From positions 1,728,001 to 1,792,000 of the forward strand of contig CBDCNP010000002.1 in assembly GCA_965219415.1 (NCBI GenBank): 64,000 bases of DNA. Direction: 5' to 3'. The stretch is from Candidatus Marinacidobacterales bacterium. Lineage in GTDB: Bacteria > Acidobacteriota > Vicinamibacteria > Marinacidobacterales > DATDRI01. This document shows positions 21,431-30,778 of the stretch, piece after piece (positions within the stretch are counted from its first letter, which is position 1; each line of letters starts with the position of its first letter). The translations under genes and the position numbers were made by a program. The notes under the pieces were generated by a model. It was not told the DNA's origin. It did not search any database and saw only the letters and a list, made by a program, of their open reading frames with translations.

Positions 21431-22354
21431 ATGAAACAGATCGGATACGACCGCCCTTTGTTCGTTCAACCTTTTGACCACCGCGGGAGCTTCACCAAGT
21501 CCTACTTCGGATTCAAGGGCGCCCCGACCATTACCCACGACACCGAGCAACACGTTCAAGTGGCGGAGGCCAAGACTCTGGTTTACCGAGGCCTCTTGAG
21601 AGCCATTGACATGGGCGTAGCTCCAGAGAATGTGGGCATTCTGGTAGACGCTCAGTTCGGAAGCCACATCCTCGCCGACGCGAAGTCCAAAAACATCCCA
21701 GTGGCAGTGGCGGTCGAAAAAAGCGGCCAGCCCGTTTTCGACTTCGAGTATGGCGCTCGATGGGAAGATCACATCCGTTTCATCGCGCCTGATATCGTCA
21801 AGGTTTTAGTTCGGTTCCACCCCAAGGACGATCCGCTGACCAATCGGGAGCAGCTAGCCCGCCTCAAGCTTCTATCCGACTACGTTCATGCCACTGAGGA
21901 CAACTACTTAATGTTCGAGCTTCTCGTGCCCGCCGCCACCGACGAGGACAAGAAGGCGGGCGACCGATACGACTCCGAGCTCCGCCCCGGACATATGGTC
22001 GAGGCGATGAAGATATTGCAAGACTACGGCGTCGAACCGGACATCTGGAAGGTGGAAGGTCTGGATCGGCGCGAGCAGGCGGAGGCGGTCTCGGAACAAG
22101 CGCGCGTTGGTGAAGCGCGCAAAAGAGTTGGTTGCATCATCCTCGGGCGCGGCTCCGACAAGGAGCAAGTTCACAAGTGGCTGCGGGTCGCCTCGCCGGT
22201 TCCCGGCTTTATCGGGTTCGCCGTCGGCCGCACCAACTTCAGCGATCCCCTCAAACGTTTCCTAGAAGATCCCAAGCAAGAGTCCGCGGCGATCGAAACC
22301 ATCGCGCAAAACTACAAGGGTTGTGTAGACACTTGGCAATCCGCCCGCGAGTAA
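21431..22354 (+). CDS. DUF2090 / IolC-associated class I aldolase-like protein
   Basis: PFDHRGSF, VEKSGQ, VEPDIWKVEG, ILGRG, GFAVGRT. Confidence 0.8.
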   Translation: MKQIGYDRPLFVQPFDHRGSFTKSYFGFKGAPTITHDTEQHVQVAEAKTLVYRGLLRAIDMGVAPENVGILVDAQFGSHILADAKSKNIPVAVAVEKSGQPVFDFEYGARWEDHIRFIAPDIVKVLVRFHPKDDPLTNREQLARLKLLSDYVHATEDNYLMFELLVPAATDEDKKAGDRYDSELRPGHMVEAMKILQDYGVEPDIWKVEGLDRREQAEAVSEQARVGEARKRVGCIILGRGSDKEQVHKWLRVASPVPGFIGFAVGRTNFSDPLKRFLEDPKQESAAIETIAQNYKGCVDTWQSARE

Positions 22355-22452
22355 ACCGTACCCGAGCGAAGAGCGAGGTAGTTGCGAAGACGGATCTCCG
22401 GGTGAGACAATGAAAAAACGCCTTTTAACAGAACGACATAGCGCGTTACAAC

Positions 22453-23473
22453 GTGGTCGGAAAGCAACTGAAGCACCTCGTCTTCGCTGCCTTGCCGACG
22501 TTTCTTTTCGTCGACACTGGGGAGATATTCGCACGGTTGGAACTTCGGTTGATCCGCGGCTACAGCTACGCTGAAGCTCTCGCCTACCTCCCCGACCCAG
22601 ATCTGGTCTATAGACACAATCCGTTCTATCGGGCTTGGAAGCACAAGCCGAACTCAAGTTACGATTTTTTCTTCATCCCACCCCCGAGAGATGACGGGCC
22701 ATCTCCACGCATTCTTGTCCTGGGAGGCTCAACTTCCGAGGCCCGCCCCGATGGAATGGGCTGGCCCACGGTGATGGAGGCAGCGACTGGTGCAACCGTC
22801 ATCAATTTGGGGCACAGCGGTTACGGAACGAGCCAGCTTCATATCCTTTATGAACGCTACGCGGTGAAAGTACGGCCGGACGTTGTCGTTGTCTTTTCGG
22901 GTTGGAACCGTCGTGGTAGTGCGACCTCGCGATTCGGCTGGAGACCGCCCAATGCCTCGTCACCGTTCGACCGGTGGCCGCAGCGCACTTCGGCCTTTCT
23001 TATCAATTACTCGGCGCTCTATGGTCGATTCTGAAACTTGATCACCGACCGCTTTTTGTCACCCGAATGCGTAACCGGGGAGGAGCCGACAGAAGAGGCT
23101 GCGATGTGGGTACGGGAATACAAAGAATTTGTCTCAAGAAATTCTTCGTGACCAGCCTCTCTATATCGTCCTGTTCCCGAGCCTAGCGATGCGAAGTGAC
23201 GCAAAGACGAAGCTGCCGCCGTCGCTGACGTGTCTTGCCGACAAGTTCGACGCGACCCATGAGAACTACCTCGAGACTATTCAGACCATACAGGCAATCG
23301 GCGAAGAGGTTGGCGCCACTTTCCTCGATATCCGACCGGACTACTTGGAACTCCCGATCGGCGTTCACGTCTCGTACTTCAGGGACCAAATCCACCAAAC
23401 TGCGGAAGGGAATCGCTTTCTGGCCGAGGCCATTGGTCGCGAGCTGGAAAACGCCATTCCAACAATGCACTAA
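22453..23473 (+). pseudogene. SGNH/GDSL hydrolase, disrupted (in-frame TGA 23032-23034, frameshift ~23134)
   Basis: Blocks VLGGSTS, INLGHSGY, FSGWN in the first ORF and DQIHQT in the last ORF; frame continues through the TGA. Confidence 0.75.
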
Positions 23474-23568
23474 GGTGCTCTTTCACTGAAGACACCGCGG
23501 CGGACCATTTATTGTCTTCCTAGAAAGTGATCGCTCGGCGTGGCGGGCTCATGGGCCGTGATGCCAGC

Positions 23569-23994
23569 CATCCAAGAAAAGGGGGCGGGCAGGGTCGAAG
23601 CCCCAACCTGGATGCGAATTACCGAAGCCCGGAACCGTTACCGGAATCGACCTCACACCCACTCCGACCCCGCCACGCGGGGGTGCCGCCTCCGGTGATT
23701 TTGATTCCGAGCAGTGCCTTGCTACTTCGGAAACCACCTTCAGCTGGCGGCTAATCAAGCTAAGTGGCTCGGTTTTCCTTTTTCGCTCGAGCCGAAATCT
23801 CTGTTTCGATTCTCTCTAATAGCAAAAGACCTGCCAGGTACCGAAGGCGGCGGGTAGCATCGCTAACTGCCAATGATGCAGCCGGATCGGGGGGACGGCA
23901 CTCGGCGAACGATCCAGCTTGAGGGGAGTTACCCACCCCCAACGGTAAAAGTCGACATATTCACCACCTCTAACCCTCTTTTTTTGAGGGGGTT
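23569..23994 (-). ncRNA. Candidate large structured non-coding RNA (run of about 12 hairpins)
   Basis: Consecutive stem-loops whose G-U pairs mostly work only on the minus strand; GNRA (GTAA) loop; no credible ORF. Confidence 0.4.
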
Positions 23995-24202
23995 CCCCTA
24001 CCAACGGCTATTCTTTCCCCACAGTCCAAGAGTGCCCCAAAGGCGCGTAGTTAAGGGATTTATGGTATGATTTGTATGAGATACTGATCCTCCCGCAGCC
24101 AAACTGAATAGCATTGCGAGAATGGCCCACTGATGTGACGCCAGGATTGCTCTTGGCCTGACTGCTGACCGCCGTCTGGCCACCTACAGAGTCGAGGTCG
24201 CC

Positions 24203-26095
24203 CTGAACAAAGTCTCGGATTTCCCACCGCCGCCAGCGTTCGGAAGCCCGGATGTAGCAGCGTCTCCAGCAGTCGATGAGGGCAAGGTAGGCTGGGCCAT
24301 CCGCATCTCGCTCCTCCTTCTATTGATCGCGGCACCTTGGCCCTTTGGCTCTGCGACGCCGTTGCCTTCCGCTTTCCTGAGCGCGGCGCTTTACATGCTG
24401 TTCGGAGTCTGGGTTTGCAACCTACTACTTAGAGAGAACCGCGCGCGATTTCCCTGGCCCGCCCACCGCTGGCTCGGCCTGGCCATCGTGCTTGGTCTCT
24501 TCTCACTTCTTCCGCTAGCCCCCGGTCTCCTCAAGGTTCTCGCACCAGCCTCGGGCGCGATTCACTATCCGGATGCCCCGGAGGTCCGGGAGATCGTCGG
24601 TACAGGCTGGCATCCAGTTTCAATCGAGAGCTTTGCCACCGAAACCGAGCTAGTGCGGCTGGGAGCGCTCATCGCCGCCTTTTTTCTGTTCAGCCATCTC
24701 TTCGTTCACCGCCGCGACATCCGGCTACTCGGATACACCTTGGCCATCTTGGGCGTCGCGCTGAGCTTGTTCGCCGTCTACCAGCATGCACGTTGGGGCA
24801 CCGTGCTCTACGGTCGCTACCCCGTACCTTCCGCCAACCCGTTCGGCCCGTTCGTGAATCACAACCACTTCGCCGGTTTCGTTGAAATGTGCGCTTTGGT
24901 TGCTCTTGGCGGTGCGATCGGACACCTGGGGCGTCGCAGCCATACCGTTTCGATACTGCTTGGCGGATCGGCACTCTTTAGCGGATCGGCACTCTTTATG
25001 GGAGTGGCGTTAGTTCTCTCGCACTCGCGAGGCGGCTTCTTGGCGGCGGCAGCCGGCGCGGTTGTTTTGGGCACCCTGGCATTACGAGGGAAAGCACGCA
25101 CCCGAGTCTCGGTACTCGCCATTTGGGCCGGAGCCATCACGCTCCTGTTGCTCTTTGCGGCGCCAACCAGCGTTTTCGAGCGAATCGGGTCCATCGGTCG
25201 GGGCTCGCAAGACGTTTCCATGCAATTTCGATTGCAGCTGTGGTCCGATTCGTTGCACCTCGCCCTACGTTCGCCCGTTTTTGGAACCGGACTCGGAACC
25301 TATGCGGCTGCGATCCCGCCTTATCGCACGGGAATGAATGAAACTCGCGCGGAGTTCGCGGAGAGCGACCTGGTGCAACTCGCCTGCGAAACCGGCGTCG
25401 CGGGGCTCGCCATCGTGCTCGGCTTCCTCTGGGTGGCGATCCGTAGAGCCCGAGAGAGATTGGACGACGAAGAACCCTCGAGCGGGAGCCAAGGGATTCT
25501 CCTCGGCGCGATGGCGGCCGTTGTGGCTCTACTCGTCCACGGGATCTTCGATTTCAATACCCACATTCCTTCCAATGGGTTCCTGTTCGCCGCGCTTCTG
25601 GGGATGATCGTGGGCTCTCGTCCCCGCGATGCCTCGCAACCAGCCGGTTCATCGCTCCGCATGGGAGTTGCCGCGCTGGTCGTGCTTTGCTCGGTTGCCG
25701 CGGCGGCGGCAACGCTGGCGACCGGTTTTTCTCGTGACGCCATCGTTACAGTAAACCCATCCCGCGCAGAACCGGAGGCCTTTGCCGATCTCGCCGGCCA
25801 GTTGAGTGCGAGCGGGACTGGCGAGCCCTATCAACAGGAGCTCGAGGAAAACGACGCCCCTGACCAACGCCGACTGGAGTTGGATCGCGGCATCGGCGAT
25901 ACGGCACCGCTTGGCAAGCCTTCTGTTCGAGGGGATTCGACGGCTCGAGGCCCAGGAGTGGGTTCCCGAGCCCGTTTGGCGAAGCCTCGAGAGCGCTTAC
26001 TACACGAACTTGGTCCACAACTTTCCACTTGTTCGAGCACGCACAATCGCTCATCAAGAAGAGCCGAAAGGGTGGGGTTCCGCTGGTGTTGCTAA
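24203..26095 (+). CDS. O-antigen ligase family membrane protein (C-terminus probably lost beyond ~25810)
   Basis: Many TM helices; GPFVNHNHFAG, SHSRGG, FGTGLGTY, HGIFDFNTHIPSN; frame extends upstream to a CTG at 24203 preceded by GAGGT. Confidence 0.75.
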   Translation: MNKVSDFPPPPAFGSPDVAASPAVDEGKVGWAIRISLLLLLIAAPWPFGSATPLPSAFLSAALYMLFGVWVCNLLLRENRARFPWPAHRWLGLAIVLGLFSLLPLAPGLLKVLAPASGAIHYPDAPEVREIVGTGWHPVSIESFATETELVRLGALIAAFFLFSHLFVHRRDIRLLGYTLAILGVALSLFAVYQHARWGTVLYGRYPVPSANPFGPFVNHNHFAGFVEMCALVALGGAIGHLGRRSHTVSILLGGSALFSGSALFMGVALVLSHSRGGFLAAAAGAVVLGTLALRGKARTRVSVLAIWAGAITLLLLFAAPTSVFERIGSIGRGSQDVSMQFRLQLWSDSLHLALRSPVFGTGLGTYAAAIPPYRTGMNETRAEFAESDLVQLACETGVAGLAIVLGFLWVAIRRARERLDDEEPSSGSQGILLGAMAAVVALLVHGIFDFNTHIPSNGFLFAALLGMIVGSRPRDASQPAGSSLRMGVAALVVLCSVAAAAATLATGFSRDAIVTVNPSRAEPEAFADLAGQLSASGTGEPYQQELEENDAPDQRRLELDRGIGDTAPLGKPSVRGDSTARGPGVGSRARLAKPRERLLHELGPQLSTCSSTHNRSSRRAERVGFRWCC

Positions 26096-26967
26096 AGGGC
26101 GCATCTTTCGCGGGATGGCTGTACCCGAGTCCGGCACTGCGCCCCATGGGTGATTTGGACATTCTAGTGCGAAGCGGAGATCTCGCTTACGTCGCACACT
26201 TGGCGAAGGAACTCGGCTACCAGCCTCATCAATCAACCGACCATGCGCTCTCGTTACAACATGGAAAAACACGCACTTATTTAGAGCTGCACACGAGCCT
26301 TACGAGCTGTCCAGACTACGTCGGCGTCGACCCCGACTCCCTGATCGACCGTTCGACCTCGACGGCGCACCTGGCGGCCCGCACGTTGGCGCTCGAGGAC
26401 CACCTGCTTCACCTATGCCTGCACGGGAGTTTCCAGCATGGACTCCGCCAGCCTGCGGTCAACGCTTGCGATGCATACCTTCTTTCCCAGAAAGCGGAGT
26501 TTCGCTGGGAGCGTTTCATCGAGCAAGCCTCCACCCCTAGATTGGCCCCTCTGGTTTACGGAGGACTTTCTCTTTGTCATCATCTTTTCCCGACGGAGGA
26601 AATCGGGAATGCTCTCGAAACGTTAAAGCCCTTTGTGGGTCGCCTGCAGCAGAAGCGTGCGGCGAGACTCACAACCGAATCTCTTCTGAATCCGGCTCCT
26701 GAATCTGTCTTTGGCTCACCCTGGGTACGCATCCGCTGGACCCCGGGACCTCGGGACGGGCTGGCGCTGGCTTGGGAGAGCCTTTGCACCCCGCACGGCA
26801 GGACACCCCCCCAACCAGTGGCCGTCGGTTCGGCGAGGCCTGACTCTGCTTTGGAGACATGCCCAACCGAACGGGTTCGGCGGGTTCTCGCGAGGACCAA
26901 CGCTCCGGCGAAGCCTCGCCCCCTGAACCGAACAAGCGTTTCCATTGGAGAGACAAGTAATGTATAA
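25806..26967 (+). pseudogene. Nucleotidyltransferase family protein (NTP_transf_5-like), frameshift ~26025, N-terminus overlapping the ligase
   Basis: DWSWIAASAIRHRLASLL in the 25806 frame, then LLKG..LYP..LRPMGDLDILV, LELH, LLHLCLH in the 26029 frame. Confidence 0.75.
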
Positions 26968-27010
26968 TTTTCCCCACGCCCCCAAAAGTACGACAAACGG
27001 AGCCGTAACA

Positions 27011-28378
27011 ATGAACGAGCCCACTGGGTCGCAGGTCCTTGTTGTCGATGACGATGCCAGCATGCAGCGCATGCTCCGGCAGCGTCTCGAGCGCGAGGGC
27101 TACGCCGTACACACGGCTCCCAATGGCGAAGAGGGGCTCGACCTCATCCGTAAGGAAGTCTTCAATTTGATAATTACGGCCCTGAGGATGCCCAAGCTTC
27201 GAGGGGACGAGCTGGTGAGGGCGGTGGCTCAGTTCAATCCGAACATCCCCATCATCGTCATGACCGCATACGCCGAGGTGGACGAAGCTGTAGAGCTGAT
27301 GCGGGACGGCATTTACCACTACGTGACCAAGCCATTCGACGTGGAAGAGCTGGTCACCAAGGTCAAGAAAGCCCTCGACAAACAGCTCACCACTTCCGGG
27401 GCCCGGCAGGTCCGTACCAAGATCATGAGCCGGCGGAAGTCGGACTACATCGTCGGTGCCTGTGCGAAGATCGAGGAGCTGCTCACTCAAATTTCCATCG
27501 TGGCGCAAAACGACGTCCCGGTCATCATTTACGGTGAGTCTGGGACCGGCAAGGAGCTCGTGGCGCGAGCCATCCACTACACCGGTAAGCGCGCCGATCG
27601 ACCCTTTGTCGTCGAAAACTGCGGAGCGATTCCCGAAAATCTGATCGAGAACGAGCTCTTCGGCCACGTGAAAGGCGCCTACACCGACGCCCGAACCGAT
27701 CAGAAGGGGTTATTCGAAGAGGCGCATGGGGGCACGCTGTTCTTAGACGAAATCGGAGAGCTGCCGGTAACCCTTCAGGTCAAGTTCCTGCGCGTCTTGC
27801 AGGATGGCGAATTCAAGCGAATCGGATCGACACGCCCCATCCGCGTGGATGTCCGGGTGATCGCCGCCACGAACAAAGACCTGATCCAAGCCATAGCCGA
27901 GAAGTCGTTCCGCGAAGATCTCTTTTACCGCTTGAACGTCATCCCGGTGCACATTCCGCCACTCCGGGAGCGCAAGGAAGACATACCGCTCCTTATCAAT
28001 CACTTCCTCACCGACTTCAACAAGGAGTTGGGAAAGGTGGTGGAGGGATTCTCGCCGGCGGCCATCCAAAAGATGATGACCTATCAGTGGCCGGGAAACG
28101 TTCGCGAGCTCAAGAACAAGGTCAAGCAGGCAATGGTTCTGACCCGCAACAACGTCATCACCGCCGAGGACCTATTCTTCCATGTGCCGGTTTCCTCGAA
28201 CAAGTTCCAGTCCTTCAAGGAAGCCAAGCGGGAGTTCGAGAAAGAGTACATCTCTCAAGTTCTCCGCATCTGCCAGGGCAACATCAGCCAGGCTGCACGG
28301 CTGGCCAAGAAAGACCGGAAGGACTTCTACGATGTCATGAAGAAGTACGGCATCCAGCCAGAGGCCTTCCGCAAATAG
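27011..28378 (+). CDS. Sigma54-dependent response regulator (NtrC/GlrR-like); phospho-acceptor Asp replaced by Ala
   Basis: VLVVDDD, LIITALRMP, GESGTGKE, GAYTDA, LFLDEIG, FREDLFYRLN, WPGNVREL, Fis-type HTH. Confidence 0.9.
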   Translation: MNEPTGSQVLVVDDDASMQRMLRQRLEREGYAVHTAPNGEEGLDLIRKEVFNLIITALRMPKLRGDELVRAVAQFNPNIPIIVMTAYAEVDEAVELMRDGIYHYVTKPFDVEELVTKVKKALDKQLTTSGARQVRTKIMSRRKSDYIVGACAKIEELLTQISIVAQNDVPVIIYGESGTGKELVARAIHYTGKRADRPFVVENCGAIPENLIENELFGHVKGAYTDARTDQKGLFEEAHGGTLFLDEIGELPVTLQVKFLRVLQDGEFKRIGSTRPIRVDVRVIAATNKDLIQAIAEKSFREDLFYRLNVIPVHIPPLRERKEDIPLLINHFLTDFNKELGKVVEGFSPAAIQKMMTYQWPGNVRELKNKVKQAMVLTRNNVITAEDLFFHVPVSSNKFQSFKEAKREFEKEYISQVLRICQGNISQAARLAKKDRKDFYDVMKKYGIQPEAFRK

Positions 28379-28538
28379 CAGCACGCTAGCTAGTACCCGT
28401 CCTGAAGCCTGTAAGGGATTGAGAAAAAAGGAGAAATCGCAAATTCAGGGCTAGTCTTCTGAGGGGGTGTCGATTAGGATCGTGTCGTTGAAAACATCCG
28501 ATTCTAAATGACTTAACTCCAAAGGAGACCAGCCCTAA

Positions 28539-29308
28539 ATGCGAAAAACGATCAACCCACAGCCAAATCTACGTGCGCCCTGGCTGGAGCTGGAGCACGC
28601 ACGCGAACTCGAAACGATCTCGTCGCCGCTCGATGCCCATCCTAAACTCAATGAGCTGGTACTGCAAGACCTGAAGTCGGTCACCCCATCGGCAGGGAGC
28701 GATGTTGGTCGTGGGGGAATGAGCACAGAGCAGGTTCTCCGGGCGTTGTTGGTCAAGCAGCTGAATCAGCTCAGCTATCGGGAGCTGGCGTTTCACTTGG
28801 CAGACTCTCGAAGCTATCGGACGTTTTGCCAGCTCGGCATCATAGAGCCGACCCCGTCGAAGTCGACCCTAGCAGCAAACATCAAAGCCGTGAAGTTCGA
28901 AACGCTGGAGCAGATCAACCGAGAGCTGGTGAGCGTTGCCGAGGATGCTGGGATCGAAAAGGGAAGAAAAGTACGAGTGGAACTGCACGGTAGTGGAATC
29001 AAACATTCATCCGCCTACAGACTCCGAGCTTCTTTATGACTGTGTTCGGGTTCTCACTCGCCTGATGTGCGGAGCTCGCGAACTGCTGGGTACAGTAGTG
29101 GTCTTCGGCAATCGAACGCGTCGAGCGAAGAGACGTCGACTGGGAGTTCTGAACGCGAAGGATAAGCAACAAAGGCGTCGCGTCTATCGAGATCTACTGA
29201 AGGTGACGGAAGAAACCTATCGCTCCGCTCAACGCGTTGCAGAACAGTTGGAAGAGTCGGGCTTGACCGAGCCTGTGAAGCGAGCGAGTACGGAGAGGAT
29301 CGCCGCGG
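28539..29308 (+). pseudogene. ISNCY-like transposase, frameshifted (~28980) and 3' truncated
   Basis: GRGGMSTEQVLR, SYRELAFHLADS, CTVVESNIHPPTDSELL; ends at junction with ISL3 sequence. Confidence 0.8.
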
Positions 29309-30333
29309 ATGCGCCGGTTGGCCTGGAGCAACTTTTTGAGTGCGCGGCGACCGTCTAGGCTCAGGTTCTCCCGCCGGGAAAGCAAAGTGTAACGCTGCCC
29401 CTTGATGTACGACCGGTCCTTGCCGCTGAGGCGTTTGTACTCACCGCGCCGGACCTCATCGAGGGCCTTTGACAGATGACGCATGATATGAAACTTGTCG
29501 AAGATGATCCGCGCATTAGGCGCGTTGTGAATCACCGAGTTCCGGAAGGGCTTCCACATATCCATGGCGGCCAGCTTGATACGGGCGCTTTTCTTTCCGC
29601 CCGGCGCCTTGAAGAACAAATCGATGTCGGTTTCTTTGCGACCCTCACCGCCCACCCAGATGGGACGCGCCCGCTCCAGGTCGCTGACAATGACGCGATA
29701 GTTATGTCCCTTGCGGATGGAGATCTCATCGACACCGATGGCCCGAGGCGCCGGTAGCCCCGCCCGGTCGACCTGCTCTTGCATGTAGAGCGTATCCAGA
29801 GCCTTCACCGTACCGTGGTGCAGACGTTCCATCTCGGCCACCGCCTTGTTCGGCATATCCCGGCACAGCTTGCCCACATGCGTCGCAAAACGCTGGGTGT
29901 AGCGCGAGTTGTTCGCCAGCCAGTCTAGGTGTTCTACATGCACACCGCCGCACCCAGAACAGTTGACGCGCCAACGCTCGTATTCCAGATAGATCCGCCA
30001 GCCTGCCAACGACAGGTCGCGGACCCGGCACACTTGCTTGTCATAGCGCCCCCGGCACCGTTGCCCACAGTAAGAGCACACAGCTGTTTTTTTCGCCTCT
30101 TGAGCTGGATGACACGGGCGTATCGGTCACCGAATAGACCCTTCAATCCGGCACCAACCACGAAACCTGGCAGCGCAAACAGCGAGCGGATCGACTGGGA
30201 ATTTTTCACTCGGTTAGCCTATCCTAAAAATGGACCACTTTTCAGCACCTGATGAAGTACTCGATACCTTTTCCACACAATGAGTTACACTGTTTTTCCG
30301 TCAGAACTTACCCACACGAATCCGCGTAAACCC
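29309..30333 (-). mobile_element. ISL3-family element, 5' part only (IRL plus truncated transposase with A7C slippery site)
   Basis: IR GGGTTTACGCGGATTCGTGTGGGT (30333-30310); CSYC zinc finger, IGVDEISIRKGH, MDMW, FDKFH. Confidence 0.85.
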
Positions 30334-30778
30334 ATTAAGATAATAACTATTACTCTTCCGCTCCCATAGCCTTGGATTCCTGACGATTCGCCTCTCGTTT
30401 CGTCCAAGATTTTCATTCGCTCTCAACCCTACGAAGTTCCCTACCGAAAACGTATAATACCCACATCTTCGGTAGGCCTGTCGCACACCACAAGTTATGG
30501 TGTTTCTGGACAGGAACTAGCTAGCACGCCCCCACCCCCACCGAGCCAAAGGCTCCGTCTCTGGCCCAGTGCTGCTGGGACGCCGGGCGTCGAAATACGG
30601 GGTGCCTCAATCAAACTCGCCCCATGAACCCCTTGGTATCAGGGTCTGAGGATGCTAGGATTTAAGGTTCGAGGTCGGTGGGCTATCCTGCCTTTTTCTG
30701 GCCGCCAAGAGTACATCGCAATTCGGTTCGGCTTCCCTCTGCCTCGTACCGTTCGAACGGACCTTATGGAGATATTTG

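Larger units (their letters stand above)
28391..30519 (+). mobile_element. ISNCY-like element with 16-bp IRs and 6-bp TSD, carrying a nested ISL3 fragment
   Basis: IRL TAGTACCCGTCCTGAA (28391-28406) vs IRR TTCTGGACAGGAACTA (30504-30519), 13/16; TSD GCTAGC at 28385-28390 and 30520-30525. Confidence 0.8.

Noticed and set aside
23581-23693. GGGGGCG...TCGA start and a later CGCCTCC, resembling tmRNA ends
   Set aside because: No T-arm (TTCGA) before the 3' strand, no CCA, far too short, and no tag ORF
24168-24185. 18-nt exact match ACCGCCGTCTGGCCACCT to 39797-39814
   Set aside because: Single short GC-rich match with no extension on either side; may be chance or a tiny repeat remnant
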